Below, piece by piece: positions 10,014-20,269 of a stretch of 64,000 nt of DNA. Within the stretch, counting starts at the first letter, position 1; each line of letters opens with the position of its first letter. This stretch comes from a phage. The DNA is taken from the NCBI GenBank assembly GCA_024975835.1, contig GCA_024975835.1_4840.1. One strand, written 5' to 3'. Below the pieces are notes generated by a model, which was not told the origin of the DNA, searched no databases, and saw only the letters and a program-made list of their open reading frames with translations. The position numbers and the translations under genes are program-made.

Positions 10014-10343
10014 TCAGAGATAAGATTTACCGAGTTCGGTCAGGCGATAGAACGTCACCTCAGTGTTCGGCCAGTTCACGTAAGAACCGTCATGAACCAT
10101 TGAGCCAGCTGGTTCGATCAACCCCTTGGCGAGCAGGGAAGCCCCAGTGCGGGGGTTGCCTTTGACGGAGGTGAAACCACCAGCGTTCGGGCATACCTGG
10201 AACGTCCAGACGGTGTTGCCCTTGTCATTGGTCCAGGATTTGGGATGAAAGTACCATTCACCATAACGGTAATGACCTTTCTCAAAGTTCAACATTCCTA
10301 AAAGGACGCAGAGTTGATGTCCTGTGATGCGCGGCTTTTTCAT
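10014..10343 (-). CDS. hypothetical protein
   Basis: Start moved to internal Met (MKKPRIT) that overlaps the upstream stop by 4 nt; track lists 10014..10394. Confidence 0.4.
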   Translation of the reverse strand: MKKPRITGHQLCVLLGMLNFEKGHYRYGEWYFHPKSWTNDKGNTVWTFQVCPNAGGFTSVKGNPRTGASLLAKGLIEPAGSMVHDGSYVNWPNTEVTFYRLTELGKSYL

Positions 10344-10657
10344 GACAATACTCCTTTCAGAGCTAAAACGGAAAGCACACCAATAATCAACCATGTCGGG
10401 ATAATTGGCTTGCAGTTCATGTGGGTTTCTCCACCTTCGATGTTCGGGCTTCCTTGTATAAGAACGTGTTCACAGGAAGCTCTGAACGTCATTACACAGC
10501 CCATCAACACAATTGGCCTGATATAATAACCCGTTTTAGTTTGCTTCACGATACATGGAGAGGAGAAGCGCAGATATGGATCCCCTTTCCGGTAGCCTGT
10601 GATTGTGACCTTCTGCACTTCAGAAGGCACTTTTTGGCCAGGAAAATAAATTTTCAT
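10340..10657 (-). CDS. hypothetical protein with C-terminal transmembrane helix
   Basis: 105-aa ORF; hydrophobic C-terminus. Confidence 0.4.
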   Translation of the reverse strand: MKIYFPGQKVPSEVQKVTITGYRKGDPYLRFSSPCIVKQTKTGYYIRPIVLMGCVMTFRASCEHVLIQGSPNIEGGETHMNCKPIIPTWLIIGVLSVLALKGVLS

Positions 10658-11214
10658 ATTTCAATCCCCAGATTGGTGTATAACAACTCAGACAGGGTTA
10701 CAGGACGCTTGAATTGTTCCCAGCTGCAGTTCAGGTATTCGCGCTCTTCACGCATTTCACCGTGAAGATGGCCATGGATATTATACACCCAGCGGTCTAA
10801 TTGATAAGGAACGTGAGTGGTCAGCACACGACCAACCGGAGTATCACGCTCATACATCGCACCAAAGGAGCTAATCCATCCCTCTTGATACAGCTGCATC
10901 AACATCTTGAATTTGTCATGGTTGCCTTGCGCCACCCTGATGATAAAGTTCGGTCGCCAGTCATCAGGGACGGGGCGGCGCTTGAACTCATCAATATTCC
11001 GCTTGGCACCCTCGCGCATCAGGCGAATGAACCCCTCAGCCCCGATGAAGCAGATGTCCCCAGCCAGTTCAAGGACGTCTCGGGACTTCAGCCCCTGAAA
11101 GATACTGTCGATAACTGCAGCATCATGTGCCTCTTGGGTATCGAACCCACGGGGCTTGAAGATCTTCTTGTGTCCGAGGTGAGTGTCGCCCAGATACTTT
11201 ACAATTCCTGCCAT
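10654..11214 (-). CDS. metallophosphoesterase (calcineurin-like phosphatase)
   Basis: GDTHLG, GNHD and GHLH motifs; start set at MAGIV (ATG overlaps upstream stop as TAATG). Confidence 0.7.
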   Translation of the reverse strand: MAGIVKYLGDTHLGHKKIFKPRGFDTQEAHDAAVIDSIFQGLKSRDVLELAGDICFIGAEGFIRLMREGAKRNIDEFKRRPVPDDWRPNFIIRVAQGNHDKFKMLMQLYQEGWISSFGAMYERDTPVGRVLTTHVPYQLDRWVYNIHGHLHGEMREEREYLNCSWEQFKRPVTLSELLYTNLGIEI

Positions 11215-11642
11215 TATGGTCTCCTCAACCATTCTAAAATCGGTACGTTCACAAACCCTTTATGCCAGCGATGGGGTTTATGGCCTCTGTTGTGTTCGAG
11301 CAAACACGTATCCGGTGGGACACTGAAGTGGATGCCTTCGATGTCGTAGTAATGCCCATCAATCAGAGTATACACATGACCTTCGGTCTGACTGTAATGG
11401 ATCTCTGCTTGGGGATACACGTGCTTCAGAAGTAGAGCAACCTGGTAACACTTCCCGTTCTTCCCCACGTACTCGACATCCACCTGTTGTGGAAACACAT
11501 CTTTGATAAGGTTTATCAATCTCGTGATGTCATTTACGACAACCGAACGTTTCATATCACCTCTCCCGAGGATTCGTTGGTGAACCAATGATACTCTATC
11601 CCGGATATAGAAAAGCCCCTCACGGGGCTTGATCGTCTTCAT
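11214..11642 (-). CDS. hypothetical protein
   Basis: 142-aa ORF in operon context. Confidence 0.45.
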   Translation of the reverse strand: MKTIKPREGLFYIRDRVSLVHQRILGRGDMKRSVVVNDITRLINLIKDVFPQQVDVEYVGKNGKCYQVALLLKHVYPQAEIHYSQTEGHVYTLIDGHYYDIEGIHFSVPPDTCLLEHNRGHKPHRWHKGFVNVPILEWLRRP

Positions 11643-11922
11643 CAGGGAATATACGCCATCGACCTATTCCATACCACTCACCGATAGAGTTCCATGTCCT
11701 TTCCCCAGGCCAGCCACCGACCGAGTAGTAATGCGCCACCAGCCGCCAGTAAGGAAGAGAGGCCGTGTTCACGCCGCCGTCGGCCTTTAGGCAGGCCAAG
11801 TACCAATTCGTGAGACTGAACGCCTGAAATAACGGATGAAGGAACATGAAGTACAGGTAGCCCAATATGGCTGTGAATACCCCAGCTGTTACGATCACAC
11901 CGATGACAGTGAATACAATCAT
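11620..11922 (-). CDS. hypothetical small membrane protein
   Basis: 100-aa ORF with a hydrophobic N-terminal helix. Confidence 0.4.
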   Translation of the reverse strand: MIVFTVIGVIVTAGVFTAILGYLYFMFLHPLFQAFSLTNWYLACLKADGGVNTASLPYWRLVAHYYSVGGWPGERTWNSIGEWYGIGRWRIFPDEDDQAP

Positions 11923-12551
11923 CCCACAACCTCCAGACCCATCAGATCTTCCATGGTCTTCTGAATACGCAGCCAGTCAAGCGCAGCGTCATAACGAGGG
12001 TCATGATAGACCATACCTTCCAGTTCCCACGCCTTGATACCAGCATACCGATCCTGCTGTCCAACACCCTTCAGCCAACTCACGATGTCGAAGGTGTGGT
12101 GGTAGTCCCAAGGCTCGTTGGAGTCCTGCTTACATGTCACCTCAATGATGTGCTGAGCCTTGCGCAGATCAAACAGGTTGCGATCACACCAGTCGACCGA
12201 GCGCGGGTCTACCCCAAGACGATGACAACCCTTGCGGATTTCATCGGCCAATTGGAAGATAGAGATGTCATCTTCCTTGGGGTACAGACTGACTGCGCGA
12301 GCCGCATCACACGGGTTACGTTTACCCGCCCCCAACCACCATTCTACCGTCCCAGCGTCCTTCACGCGACCAAGTTCGAGCTGCTCTTTGACATTCAGCT
12401 TAATGAACGTCGTGCGCTCCTCAACCAGCTGCTGAAGAGTATAACGCTTGGTCAAGTCAGCGATGGTATGTGCCCAAGACAGCATGACTGCATCATCCCA
12501 GCGCCCCAGGGTTTCGCTGTCGGCCACAGCCAAAAAATTTGATTTATACAT
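11919..12551 (-). CDS. DEDDh 3'-5' exonuclease (DexA-like)
   Basis: Exo I-like LAVADSETLG and Exo III-like YHDPRYDAALD motifs. Confidence 0.6.
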   Translation of the reverse strand: MYKSNFLAVADSETLGRWDDAVMLSWAHTIADLTKRYTLQQLVEERTTFIKLNVKEQLELGRVKDAGTVEWWLGAGKRNPCDAARAVSLYPKEDDISIFQLADEIRKGCHRLGVDPRSVDWCDRNLFDLRKAQHIIEVTCKQDSNEPWDYHHTFDIVSWLKGVGQQDRYAGIKAWELEGMVYHDPRYDAALDWLRIQKTMEDLMGLEVVG

Positions 12552-12795
12552 GTTTATTCTCCCAACACTTTATTTTGGCTTTTACTGTATAATAATTTTC
12601 ATCAATGAACTTTTTGTTGACGCGCTTAATTTCTATCTCTGGGCAAAGTAACCCTATAGTTTCCCTCAAAATCTGGCTCACCCTGGCCTGTGAAATACAA
12701 TAAATTTCTGATACTTCTTTCGAACTAGTTCCAGACATGACAAGTTTTAGAATATTGACCTTTTTATAAAATTCTTGATCAAACGCACATATCAT
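12544..12795 (-). CDS. small helix-turn-helix protein
   Basis: 83 aa; central segment resembles a sigma-region-4/LuxR-type HTH. Confidence 0.4.
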   Translation of the reverse strand: MICAFDQEFYKKVNILKLVMSGTSSKEVSEIYCISQARVSQILRETIGLLCPEIEIKRVNKKFIDENYYTVKAKIKCWENKHV

Positions 12796-12798
12796 TAT

Positions 12799-13413
12799 TC
12801 ACCCCTCCTCGTCGATGATTTCTTGCTCATCTTCGACAATCATGATACCTTCTGCGTCCAGATGAGAAAGTTCCATCAGATCATTATCGAATCCGTCTCC
12901 TTCCCTGATATAGAAGACTGGGACGACACGACGGCGGGTCTCTTCATACACGCTTTCAGAGATTCGATTGATATGGCGTACTACACTGTAGAGGTTCAGG
13001 CCACCAATACCACAGCCGATAGCAGGCAGGCCGACATAGACAGTTTCGTCTTTAGTTGCTTCCACAATTTCATGCACCTGCTCAAACAGGGTCTGAACAG
13101 AACTGATGACAGACGGCATGCGAGCGTTCGGGCCTGGATAAAACTGAGTGTAGAGGTTCGCGCCCCAAACGCCCTTGCTGTGGTCAAATGCATAGGACAT
13201 ACCACCCAGGCGTTGCTCTGGACCACGAGGGTCGTTCGCATCGACTTCGCGCAGCGCTGGGAAGTTGTTGCCGATGTGCAGGGCAATACCCGCGCCCATG
13301 GTAGACCAACAGTTGGCACCGTGGGCAAAGATGTCGATCAGATTGAAGCTACAGGCGGCTTTCAGTAAATCGCCGCCATTGATTACATAGGTTGTCATGC
13401 GTACTGTCTCCAT
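12799..13413 (-). CDS. macro-domain protein (ADP-ribose binding or hydrolase)
   Basis: HGANC...GAGIALHIG...GIGGL pattern typical of macro domains; acidic C-terminal tail. Confidence 0.7.
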   Translation of the reverse strand: METVRMTTYVINGGDLLKAACSFNLIDIFAHGANCWSTMGAGIALHIGNNFPALREVDANDPRGPEQRLGGMSYAFDHSKGVWGANLYTQFYPGPNARMPSVISSVQTLFEQVHEIVEATKDETVYVGLPAIGCGIGGLNLYSVVRHINRISESVYEETRRRVVPVFYIREGDGFDNDLMELSHLDAEGIMIVEDEQEIIDEEG

Positions 13414-13637
13414 TCAATAATGCTGTTGTCAACACATGACACCTGGATGATGCCTGTGCGGTGGTGATAATCAGTCATCTGCATGATAAAGTTGTTCCCA
13501 TTGCGGATAATGGTGTTGACAACGATACCCTTGGCAGCAAGGCGTATTACAATGGCAGTGCAAAGACGGTCCATGTAACCGGACACAGAACCTGGTTCGA
13601 AGCATCGCTCGAACAGGTTTTCAAATTCTGGGCTCAT
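13395..13637 (-). CDS. hypothetical protein
   Basis: 80-aa ORF. Confidence 0.4.
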   Translation of the reverse strand: MSPEFENLFERCFEPGSVSGYMDRLCTAIVIRLAAKGIVVNTIIRNGNNFIMQMTDYHHRTGIIQVSCVDNSIIEWRQYA

Positions 13638-13687
13638 TTGATGTTACCAAACAAGAGGTCGAGGCGGTAATAATACCGCCTTTTTCT

Positions 13688-14098
13688 TCAATAGAGGTCT
13701 TCGGAAAAGAGTTCGCGGAAAGGGGTTGTCTTCAGGCGCACCTGATTGATCTGTCCAGCTTCACGGGCTACGATGCACGCCTCTTCACGAGTGAGGAAGT
13801 TGCCCTGGTTGTCGATGAATCCCTGTTCGCGGGTATGGGTGGATTTAATGACGCCTGCTTCTTTCAGGATCTTGAGCTGGCTGTTCATGAATCGGCTGTG
13901 GTGACGGTCGGCAACGACGATCACGTCACCATATTTGTTGGCGGCAGCGACCACACGGCGCTCCCAGGCACCTTCGGCAGGAAGTTCACGAGTGTACAAT
14001 GGAATCATCGTATCGCCGATGTCATCCCCTTTCACCTGTGAGAACAACTTGCCTTCAGTGCCCGTTGGGAGTTCACGAAAATATCCCAGTAATTTCAT
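13688..14098 (-). CDS. hypothetical protein
   Basis: 136-aa ORF; no confident motif. Confidence 0.45.
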   Translation of the reverse strand: MKLLGYFRELPTGTEGKLFSQVKGDDIGDTMIPLYTRELPAEGAWERRVVAAANKYGDVIVVADRHHSRFMNSQLKILKEAGVIKSTHTREQGFIDNQGNFLTREEACIVAREAGQINQVRLKTTPFRELFSEDLY

Positions 14099-14157
14099 AA
14101 TCTATTCAATCCAAATTTCAGGTTCATGGATGTCGACCATACCCACTGTCTGGTTCT

Positions 14158-14379
14158 TCAGATCGTGGAAACAGTCGCCGAGGAATTGTATTTGCCGTCG
14201 GTCAGGAACAGATGGCAACGTGATGCTGGATCAGATGCATTCACCAGCAGGCTCGGTGTGAACGTAGGCTCAATAACATTGTTGTTCCACGACCACATCG
14301 GACCTTGGGTTTCGCCCTTAATGTGATATAGATGAAGCATATCACACCTAGGACAATGAAAATACAAGGAATCATCCAT
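14158..14379 (-). CDS. hypothetical zinc-ribbon protein
   Basis: 73 aa with CPRC...C...H arrangement. Confidence 0.35.
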   Translation of the reverse strand: MDDSLYFHCPRCDMLHLYHIKGETQGPMWSWNNNVIEPTFTPSLLVNASDPASRCHLFLTDGKYNSSATVSTI

Positions 14380-14414
14380 AGACAGAAGTTTAGGGCTCAG
14401 AAGCTATGTTATGA

Positions 14415-14702
14415 TCAACCATCTACAGTGGCTTCAGGATCGTAGGGGCGCAGTTCACCAACCAGTTTCGGAAAGAGTGCAAGCCCGAACAGGTTGAAAG
14501 AACGCATAGTGCCGACCATTGCAACATCTTCCCCTTCCTCGATATCTTTCATGGCGCACATTGGGTAATATTCATCGACCTCTGGGTCTTCCGTCTCACC
14601 ATAGAGACCAAACGCTACCTCTTCTTTGATAAAGCGAGGAACCAAGAAATCAAATAGGATAATGATGAATACCACAGGTGCTGCAGAACGGAGATAGAAC
14701 AT
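14415..14702 (-). CDS. hypothetical protein
   Basis: 95-aa ORF with hydrophobic N-terminus. Confidence 0.4.
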   Translation of the reverse strand: MFYLRSAAPVVFIIILFDFLVPRFIKEEVAFGLYGETEDPEVDEYYPMCAMKDIEEGEDVAMVGTMRSFNLFGLALFPKLVGELRPYDPEATVDG

Positions 14703-14743
14703 AGCACAACCCTCCAGGTGAGGAGGGGCGAACCCCTCCGATG

Positions 14744-16075
14744 TTATAGGCCAAGAGCCTTTTCAAGGTCATCAAGGTCTTCAGTGTAAAGATCGATGTC
14801 CTCTTTCTTACTTAATTCCTTGTGCTGTGCTTCAAGGTTCTCAATCTGCTTGAGTAGGCGCTCACGGGCATCCAGAGTAATAGACGACAGAGGCATCTTG
14901 AACAACTCGTCAAGATCACCACCAAAGTCCGGGTAGTCCTGCATGAACAGAGACTTCAGCACGTCAATCTTTTGGCGGAGATCAACACGCGTCGCCCATT
15001 CAATGAACACCGCCCGGTCACCCAGCTTGCGGATCCTGTCTGCCATGTCCTTCAACAGATACTGGCGACGGTCTTCATACCGTGACAGGCGATAATTGAA
15101 GAACGGCAGCAGCATATCCCGCCAACCAGAATAACGATGAATGACACCGTCTTCATCCCATGCCGTCCAAACAGGCTTGTTGGCTGAATACAACTTGAAC
15201 ATCTGCTCAACCTGCTCGTCACTTAGCTTAGAGAGTTCGCCGCGCTTAAACACAACCGTGATATCCCAGCCGTCTTCGGTCGTGTCGTTGGCGTACTCGG
15301 TGAGGATACCAGCCTTGTACAGAGGCAGCAACACCTTGGTCTCATAGGTTTTGGCAAACCAACCCACTGGGACTTCGGTGATATGCAGGGTGGTGGCATT
15401 GACGCGACGGAAGATACCGCGACTGTATGCTCTTCCTTCCTCAGTATAGCCTGTCTCTCCTTTGAAGCCGTTCCAGTACGGTTTTAAGTCTTTCGGGTCT
15501 TCGCCACGGAGAAGCGCTCTCAGGGCATTCAGCACGGACTTAACGCAATGACACGGGGTGTCGGTGGAATATCCGGTGCCGATACCATTGATCCCATTCA
15601 CCAGGAACATGGGCAGGATGGGCAGAAAGAACTTCGGCTCTAGCCTTTCTTCACCAAGGTAGTTGTATTCCAAGATACCCTCATCCTCCTTGCGGAAGAT
15701 CTTGCGGATAACATCAGACACAGCCACCGAAATGTAACGTGCTGACGACGCGTCGCGCCCCATGATAGAACCAAACTGGCCATCGCGGTCAAAGTACGGG
15801 ATGTTGTTCGTGCCTGGGAACCCCTGAGCCATGTTCACGATAGTGCCGCTCATGTTCTCACCACCAGACTTGTAGTTGGTGCGAGCGGCGGCGAACATAC
15901 CAAGGCGGTCAACAATCTCCTCCTTGTTGTACTCAAGAGCAGCGAAAAGGATCTTGCGCTGGCTTGGCTTGAGGCTGTCAATCAGCTGAGGGATTTGACG
16001 GATGCTGTTGACCACAGAAAACTGCTTATGGTCAGTGTTGACAAAGTCCGTTACAGTAATGCTCTTAGCAACCAT
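14744..16075 (-). CDS. DNA topoisomerase II medium subunit (GyrA-like, T4 gp52-like)
   Basis: GyrA-type N-terminal region (LKPSQRKILFA, YxxxxTxVxxxxGxP pattern); start placed at MVAKS with GAGG 9 nt upstream. Confidence 0.8.
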   Translation of the reverse strand: MVAKSITVTDFVNTDHKQFSVVNSIRQIPQLIDSLKPSQRKILFAALEYNKEEIVDRLGMFAAARTNYKSGGENMSGTIVNMAQGFPGTNNIPYFDRDGQFGSIMGRDASSARYISVAVSDVIRKIFRKEDEGILEYNYLGEERLEPKFFLPILPMFLVNGINGIGTGYSTDTPCHCVKSVLNALRALLRGEDPKDLKPYWNGFKGETGYTEEGRAYSRGIFRRVNATTLHITEVPVGWFAKTYETKVLLPLYKAGILTEYANDTTEDGWDITVVFKRGELSKLSDEQVEQMFKLYSANKPVWTAWDEDGVIHRYSGWRDMLLPFFNYRLSRYEDRRQYLLKDMADRIRKLGDRAVFIEWATRVDLRQKIDVLKSLFMQDYPDFGGDLDELFKMPLSSITLDARERLLKQIENLEAQHKELSKKEDIDLYTEDLDDLEKALGL

Positions 16076-16076
16076 C

Positions 16077-17987
16077 TTATTCATCCTCAGTTTCAAACAG
16101 GCAAACATCGCTAAACCAGGTTTTACGGTAATCGGCAGCCTCATCACCGAAGCCATTCTTCAGTGACTGTTGGTAGCCATCGTCCAGCGTGACCGTCGTA
16201 GTATACGCATCTAGGTTGTTTAGAATACGTTTGAAGTCTTCAGTGCTGTTACCACCAAGACCTTTCAGATATTTCTTCTTCGTGATCTTCTTGGCATCAG
16301 GCGTCTTCAGGAACTCCTCATACTCGGCGTTGTTCATGAACTCATGCATCACCTTACCACACCACACACGCATGTAAGGGGTGCGCAGGAGCTTCAGCCT
16401 GCCCTGACGGACATACTCCGGCCAGTAGGTGCAATACAGGGTGATCAACAACCCACGGATGTGGATGCCGTCATCGTCCGCATCGGTAGCCACAACAGTC
16501 TGTGGGTAACGGGTGATATCAAGGGGCTGGCCTGGCACTGCGCCGCCATGGATCGTACACAGGTTCTTGAACTCTTCATTGTTCATCACCTTTGAGCGCG
16601 GGGCGTTCAGGCAGTTGATGAACTTACCACGAAGCGGGAACAACCCGATCTTCTTGGTGTCGCGGGCGTTCAGGATAGGATTGGAGGCACTATCACCCTC
16701 TGTCAGCAACAGGGAGCATCCGCTGCGGTCACCACGGGCGGTCGCCGGGTAATACTTCTCAATCTCACGATAATCCCGCTTGCTGATGTCCTTCTTGGCC
16801 TTTTCAAACTCAGCATCATCCTGCTCATTGCGCAGGGAAGCCAGTTCTTTGCTCAGACCAGCCGTAACGAACTCAAGCGCCTTGCGGATCAGTTTATCAC
16901 TGGGCTTGTACGACGTACCGAACTGGCTGACAGGAGTGGTCATGCGCTCCTTGGTCTGGCTGTCAAAGCGCGGGTTGTTGATGTCGGCAGCGATGAACAA
17001 GGACATGTGGTTCTTGATCATTGCTGGCTTCAGTTCGGTCTTGAACTTCTTCACCAGCTGGGGACGAATCGCTGCCACGATCTGGTCAGCAACATAATCA
17101 ACGTGAGGACCACCGATGTGGGTGGCAATAGAGTTCACGTATGATGCGTGCATGAACGTACCGGATGAAGGGGCTACAGCAACAGACCAATCCCCGGTTT
17201 CGTCAACAGCCGAACCAGCATGGAAGTAATCAACGAAGTGGCCAAAGCGGTCAATCCGGATTTGCTTCCCGTTGAGAACAATCTTCAGGCGCGGGTTACA
17301 CGCAGCCACTTCAAACGCGCGGCGATAGATCATCAGCAGGTTGTTCTGGTCAAGTCCTTTGACGCCCAGACGAGCATAGTCAGGGATCCAGGCGATGGAT
17401 GTGCCAGGACTGTTCACGTTGCTGATGACTGGGTTAGATTTCTTGCTCATGTTGTCTTCAAACGTCTGAGTATAAGACTTCTTGCCGTCATTAGTCGTGA
17501 CGCGGAACCATTTGGAGAACACGTTGACGAGGGACGCCCCTTCGCCATTCTGACCACCGGACTTCTGGTTGTTGTACTCTTCGTCTTCGTCGTTGAAGTT
17601 CGATCCCGCATATAGAGAGCCGAACAACATTTCAGGAAGCCACTCGTTGGTGACGCCATGCTTGACCACAGGGATACCCCCGTTGTCAGCAACGATGATT
17701 TGACCGTTCATCGGGGAAACTGTGACGGTGATTTCCGTCAGGGATTTGCCCTCAGGGGTCTTGCTGTGGTCAACACAGTTGGTGATGATTTCATCAAACT
17801 GTTTGATCAGTGCGGGGGAGTACTCAAAGTTGTCACGGAAGATGACTTTATCCTTAGTTGGGTCATACACCCACACCGTCCCCACAGACGAACGAATACT
17901 ACCCAGATGACGCTCTGGGCGGAGTAGGATATGCTCAACGTGAGTGAGCTTCTTGTACTTGCGTTCAATATCAATTTTGTTGGACAT
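16077..17987 (-). CDS. DNA topoisomerase II large subunit (GyrB-like ATPase, fused gp39/gp60 type)
   Basis: GHKL ATPase motifs (ITNCVDH, ADNGGIP) and TOPRIM-like region (LTEGDSA); 636 aa. Confidence 0.85.
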   Translation of the reverse strand: MSNKIDIERKYKKLTHVEHILLRPERHLGSIRSSVGTVWVYDPTKDKVIFRDNFEYSPALIKQFDEIITNCVDHSKTPEGKSLTEITVTVSPMNGQIIVADNGGIPVVKHGVTNEWLPEMLFGSLYAGSNFNDEDEEYNNQKSGGQNGEGASLVNVFSKWFRVTTNDGKKSYTQTFEDNMSKKSNPVISNVNSPGTSIAWIPDYARLGVKGLDQNNLLMIYRRAFEVAACNPRLKIVLNGKQIRIDRFGHFVDYFHAGSAVDETGDWSVAVAPSSGTFMHASYVNSIATHIGGPHVDYVADQIVAAIRPQLVKKFKTELKPAMIKNHMSLFIAADINNPRFDSQTKERMTTPVSQFGTSYKPSDKLIRKALEFVTAGLSKELASLRNEQDDAEFEKAKKDISKRDYREIEKYYPATARGDRSGCSLLLTEGDSASNPILNARDTKKIGLFPLRGKFINCLNAPRSKVMNNEEFKNLCTIHGGAVPGQPLDITRYPQTVVATDADDDGIHIRGLLITLYCTYWPEYVRQGRLKLLRTPYMRVWCGKVMHEFMNNAEYEEFLKTPDAKKITKKKYLKGLGGNSTEDFKRILNNLDAYTTTVTLDDGYQQSLKNGFGDEAADYRKTWFSDVCLFETEDE

Positions 17988-18036
17988 CGGCCTATCCCGT
18001 CAATGGTAAACACACAAGATTATGTATGGGGTCGGC

Positions 18037-18618
18037 TTATAGACCAAATTTGCTACGCCACTTTTCAACCTTGTGTTCAATAGCGTGCTCCACTTTAATG
18101 CGAGTGGCCATCAAAGAGGATCCATGGATCGCCCCTTCCCCACACCCCATGCGCGCAACATGCTTGATTAGGTCATTGACGAGTTGATCCAATCTGTCTT
18201 GACTGCGATAAGGCTGGTTGCACAACCGGATAATCCGGCCATGATAATGATGGATAAGATTCAGATGCTTTTGAGGATCACGATCAATCAGACGGAACCA
18301 GTCTTCTTCCAACAGATTAGAAGAAATATCGTTCACTGTCGCCATGTGGTTGATGACAGAGTCGATCATTTCGGCCTTGTTCATAGAGCCGCGCATTTGG
18401 ACGTCGTCATAATCCATGACGTACAGAAGGTCAATAGCAGAGATAATGACATCAGCAACTTCGCCATTCAACGGCTCAGAAGATACTATGCCATGAAACA
18501 CATCAGACAGTTCACAGATCTCTTCACCTAGTTTGTTCAGAACAAACACAGGCGAGCGGTCTGGGGTATGAGCAGTGCAGTCATAAGAAGCGTCGACGAT
18601 AGTGTGTAGAAATTTCAT
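18037..18618 (-). CDS. hypothetical protein, possible all-alpha NTP pyrophosphohydrolase (MazG-like)
   Basis: NKLGEEICELSDVF...EVADVIISAIDLLY resembles the EExxE...D metal-binding helices of MazG/dCTPase-type enzymes; tentative. Confidence 0.4.
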   Translation of the reverse strand: MKFLHTIVDASYDCTAHTPDRSPVFVLNKLGEEICELSDVFHGIVSSEPLNGEVADVIISAIDLLYVMDYDDVQMRGSMNKAEMIDSVINHMATVNDISSNLLEEDWFRLIDRDPQKHLNLIHHYHGRIIRLCNQPYRSQDRLDQLVNDLIKHVARMGCGEGAIHGSSLMATRIKVEHAIEHKVEKWRSKFGL

Positions 18619-19118
18619 TTCAAAGTTCCTTGTATGCGGAGACGATTAATGTGGGCAATGATATAGTCCATAGAGTTTTGAAAACTGTATTTCCCGTTCT
18701 GAACGTATGCATGGATCAGGGGTAGGCGACTGTACGCCAATCTGATCTTCAGACGTTCAGGCATTGTCTGGAGTTTCATACTAGTTGCAAATAGGATATC
18801 GCGCTTGAATTCTTCGGTAGACGGGTCCAGGACAATGACGCGGGAAGCCGCCAATCCCTGTCCATATTGCTTGGCCTCATAACCGTCGAGCAGGCGCAGG
18901 TTGTCATCCCTATACTTCAGCCAATACCAGTACCCCTCCATGGAGTTAAACACACCATGTTCATGGGTAGTCATTGGATGATGGGTAAAATGCGAGAGGA
19001 AGCGCCCGAGTTCCGTCTGGCTCCGGCTGTAGATGTTGAAGTGATTCTTACCCTCTGTTGCAGGGGTCATCTTGTTCTGTGGAACGCTCATTAACATCAT
19101 CATGATGTAGTTTCTCAA
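18615..19118 (-). CDS. hypothetical protein
   Basis: 167-aa ORF; start uncertain (several N-terminal Met). Confidence 0.45.
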   Translation of the reverse strand: MRNYIMMMLMSVPQNKMTPATEGKNHFNIYSRSQTELGRFLSHFTHHPMTTHEHGVFNSMEGYWYWLKYRDDNLRLLDGYEAKQYGQGLAASRVIVLDPSTEEFKRDILFATSMKLQTMPERLKIRLAYSRLPLIHAYVQNGKYSFQNSMDYIIAHINRLRIQGTLK

Positions 19119-19145
19119 ATCAAAGTATTGCTGTGTGTAGCCAGT

Positions 19146-19343
19146 TTATTTCTTCACACACCCCAAATAGGAGCAGAGTAAACCGACAACAGAAAATATA
19201 ATGGCAAGAAGGTAACGAGTCACCTGCATTTGTGGTGTTGTAAGCAGGCCGATAACGCTTTCGAGCGCCAGGAACAAACACACCCCAGCGATTACACCGA
19301 ATTTGAACGAATTACGTTCTCTGTTAATTCTGAACTTGTACAT
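19146..19343 (-). CDS. hypothetical small membrane protein
   Basis: 65 aa, two hydrophobic helices. Confidence 0.35.
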   Translation of the reverse strand: MYKFRINRERNSFKFGVIAGVCLFLALESVIGLLTTPQMQVTRYLLAIIFSVVGLLCSYLGCVKK

Positions 19344-19392
19344 TGCGCACCTCCTGTTAGGGAAATAGGGGAGTTTCCTCCCCTGTAACTAT

Positions 19393-19893
19393 CTAGCCCA
19401 GAAACACTACTAAAGTCAAATTAGTGAGGGCGCTGCGGCCTTCCCGCAGCATTTCATGCGCAGATGCAAGGCGCTTGGGGTCATGCAACGTATCAGAGAA
19501 CACGATGATGTTTGCTTTATCGATGCCCGTGCCCATGTAATGGGAGATGGTTGTCGTGTGCTGTTTCTTGTCTACATCGGGCAATGATACATCCGCGCCT
19601 GCTCGGGAGCGGAAGAAAGAATCGCGTTCACTAACGCTATGGAAGACACCCATGATGTTGAGGTTGTTCTCTGTCTGGAAATCATAGGACAGAATCTTCT
19701 TCAGCGCGGCGGTGTGCCCAGTCTGGCGCAGCATGCGATAGTACAGTATGTTTCCAGGACAGGTGGGGTCCGTCACACCTCCCCTCGATTGGCGATCTTT
19801 CTGGATTTCATACGCATCCAGGATAAGTTGTTGGACCATTTCAATATGGGCAGTCAGGGAGATTTCGACTTTACGTTTGACCATGGATTTCAT
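19393..19893 (-). CDS. hypothetical protein
   Basis: 166-aa ORF. Confidence 0.45.
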   Translation of the reverse strand: MKSMVKRKVEISLTAHIEMVQQLILDAYEIQKDRQSRGGVTDPTCPGNILYYRMLRQTGHTAALKKILSYDFQTENNLNIMGVFHSVSERDSFFRSRAGADVSLPDVDKKQHTTTISHYMGTGIDKANIIVFSDTLHDPKRLASAHEMLREGRSALTNLTLVVFLG

Positions 19894-19960
19894 TTGGTGT
19901 ATCCTCAGTTAGGTTCCGCTCATGGGGAACGGGTCCATTATACACCAAATGCTGGAAATG

Positions 19961-19984
19961 AAAAAGAGGCCGGAGCCTCTTTTG
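19961..19984 (-). terminator. intrinsic terminator hairpin (bidirectional)
   Basis: AGAGGCCGGAGCCTCT stem-loop flanked by an A-run and a T-run. Confidence 0.6.
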
Positions 19985-20011
19985 TTAACCCATGATCATC
20001 GCGTTCATGGC

Positions 20012-20269
20012 TCATTCCTCTTCATATTTGCCTGTCCTGAAGTTCCACTTTCGCGCATTCTTCAGGTCGAGGTCTTTGAAGATGTTTCCAAAGATCTTTT
20101 GGAAGGAGGTCTGCTCTTGTTCTTCCTCAAGATCCTTGGGCTTCTTGACAGGCTCTTTCACCATACCGCCTTCGGGTTTCCCCACATCGGCGGTCGTGGT
20201 TCCAGGGGCTGCTGAGTCTTCAAGGAAGTCCTGGAAGCCTTTCATGATTAGACCGCAGCCATTTCGCAA
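20012..20269 (-). CDS. hypothetical acidic/basic protein
   Basis: 85-aa ORF immediately upstream of the terminator. Confidence 0.4.
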   Translation of the reverse strand: MRNGCGLIMKGFQDFLEDSAAPGTTTADVGKPEGGMVKEPVKKPKDLEEEQEQTSFQKIFGNIFKDLDLKNARKWNFRTGKYEEE

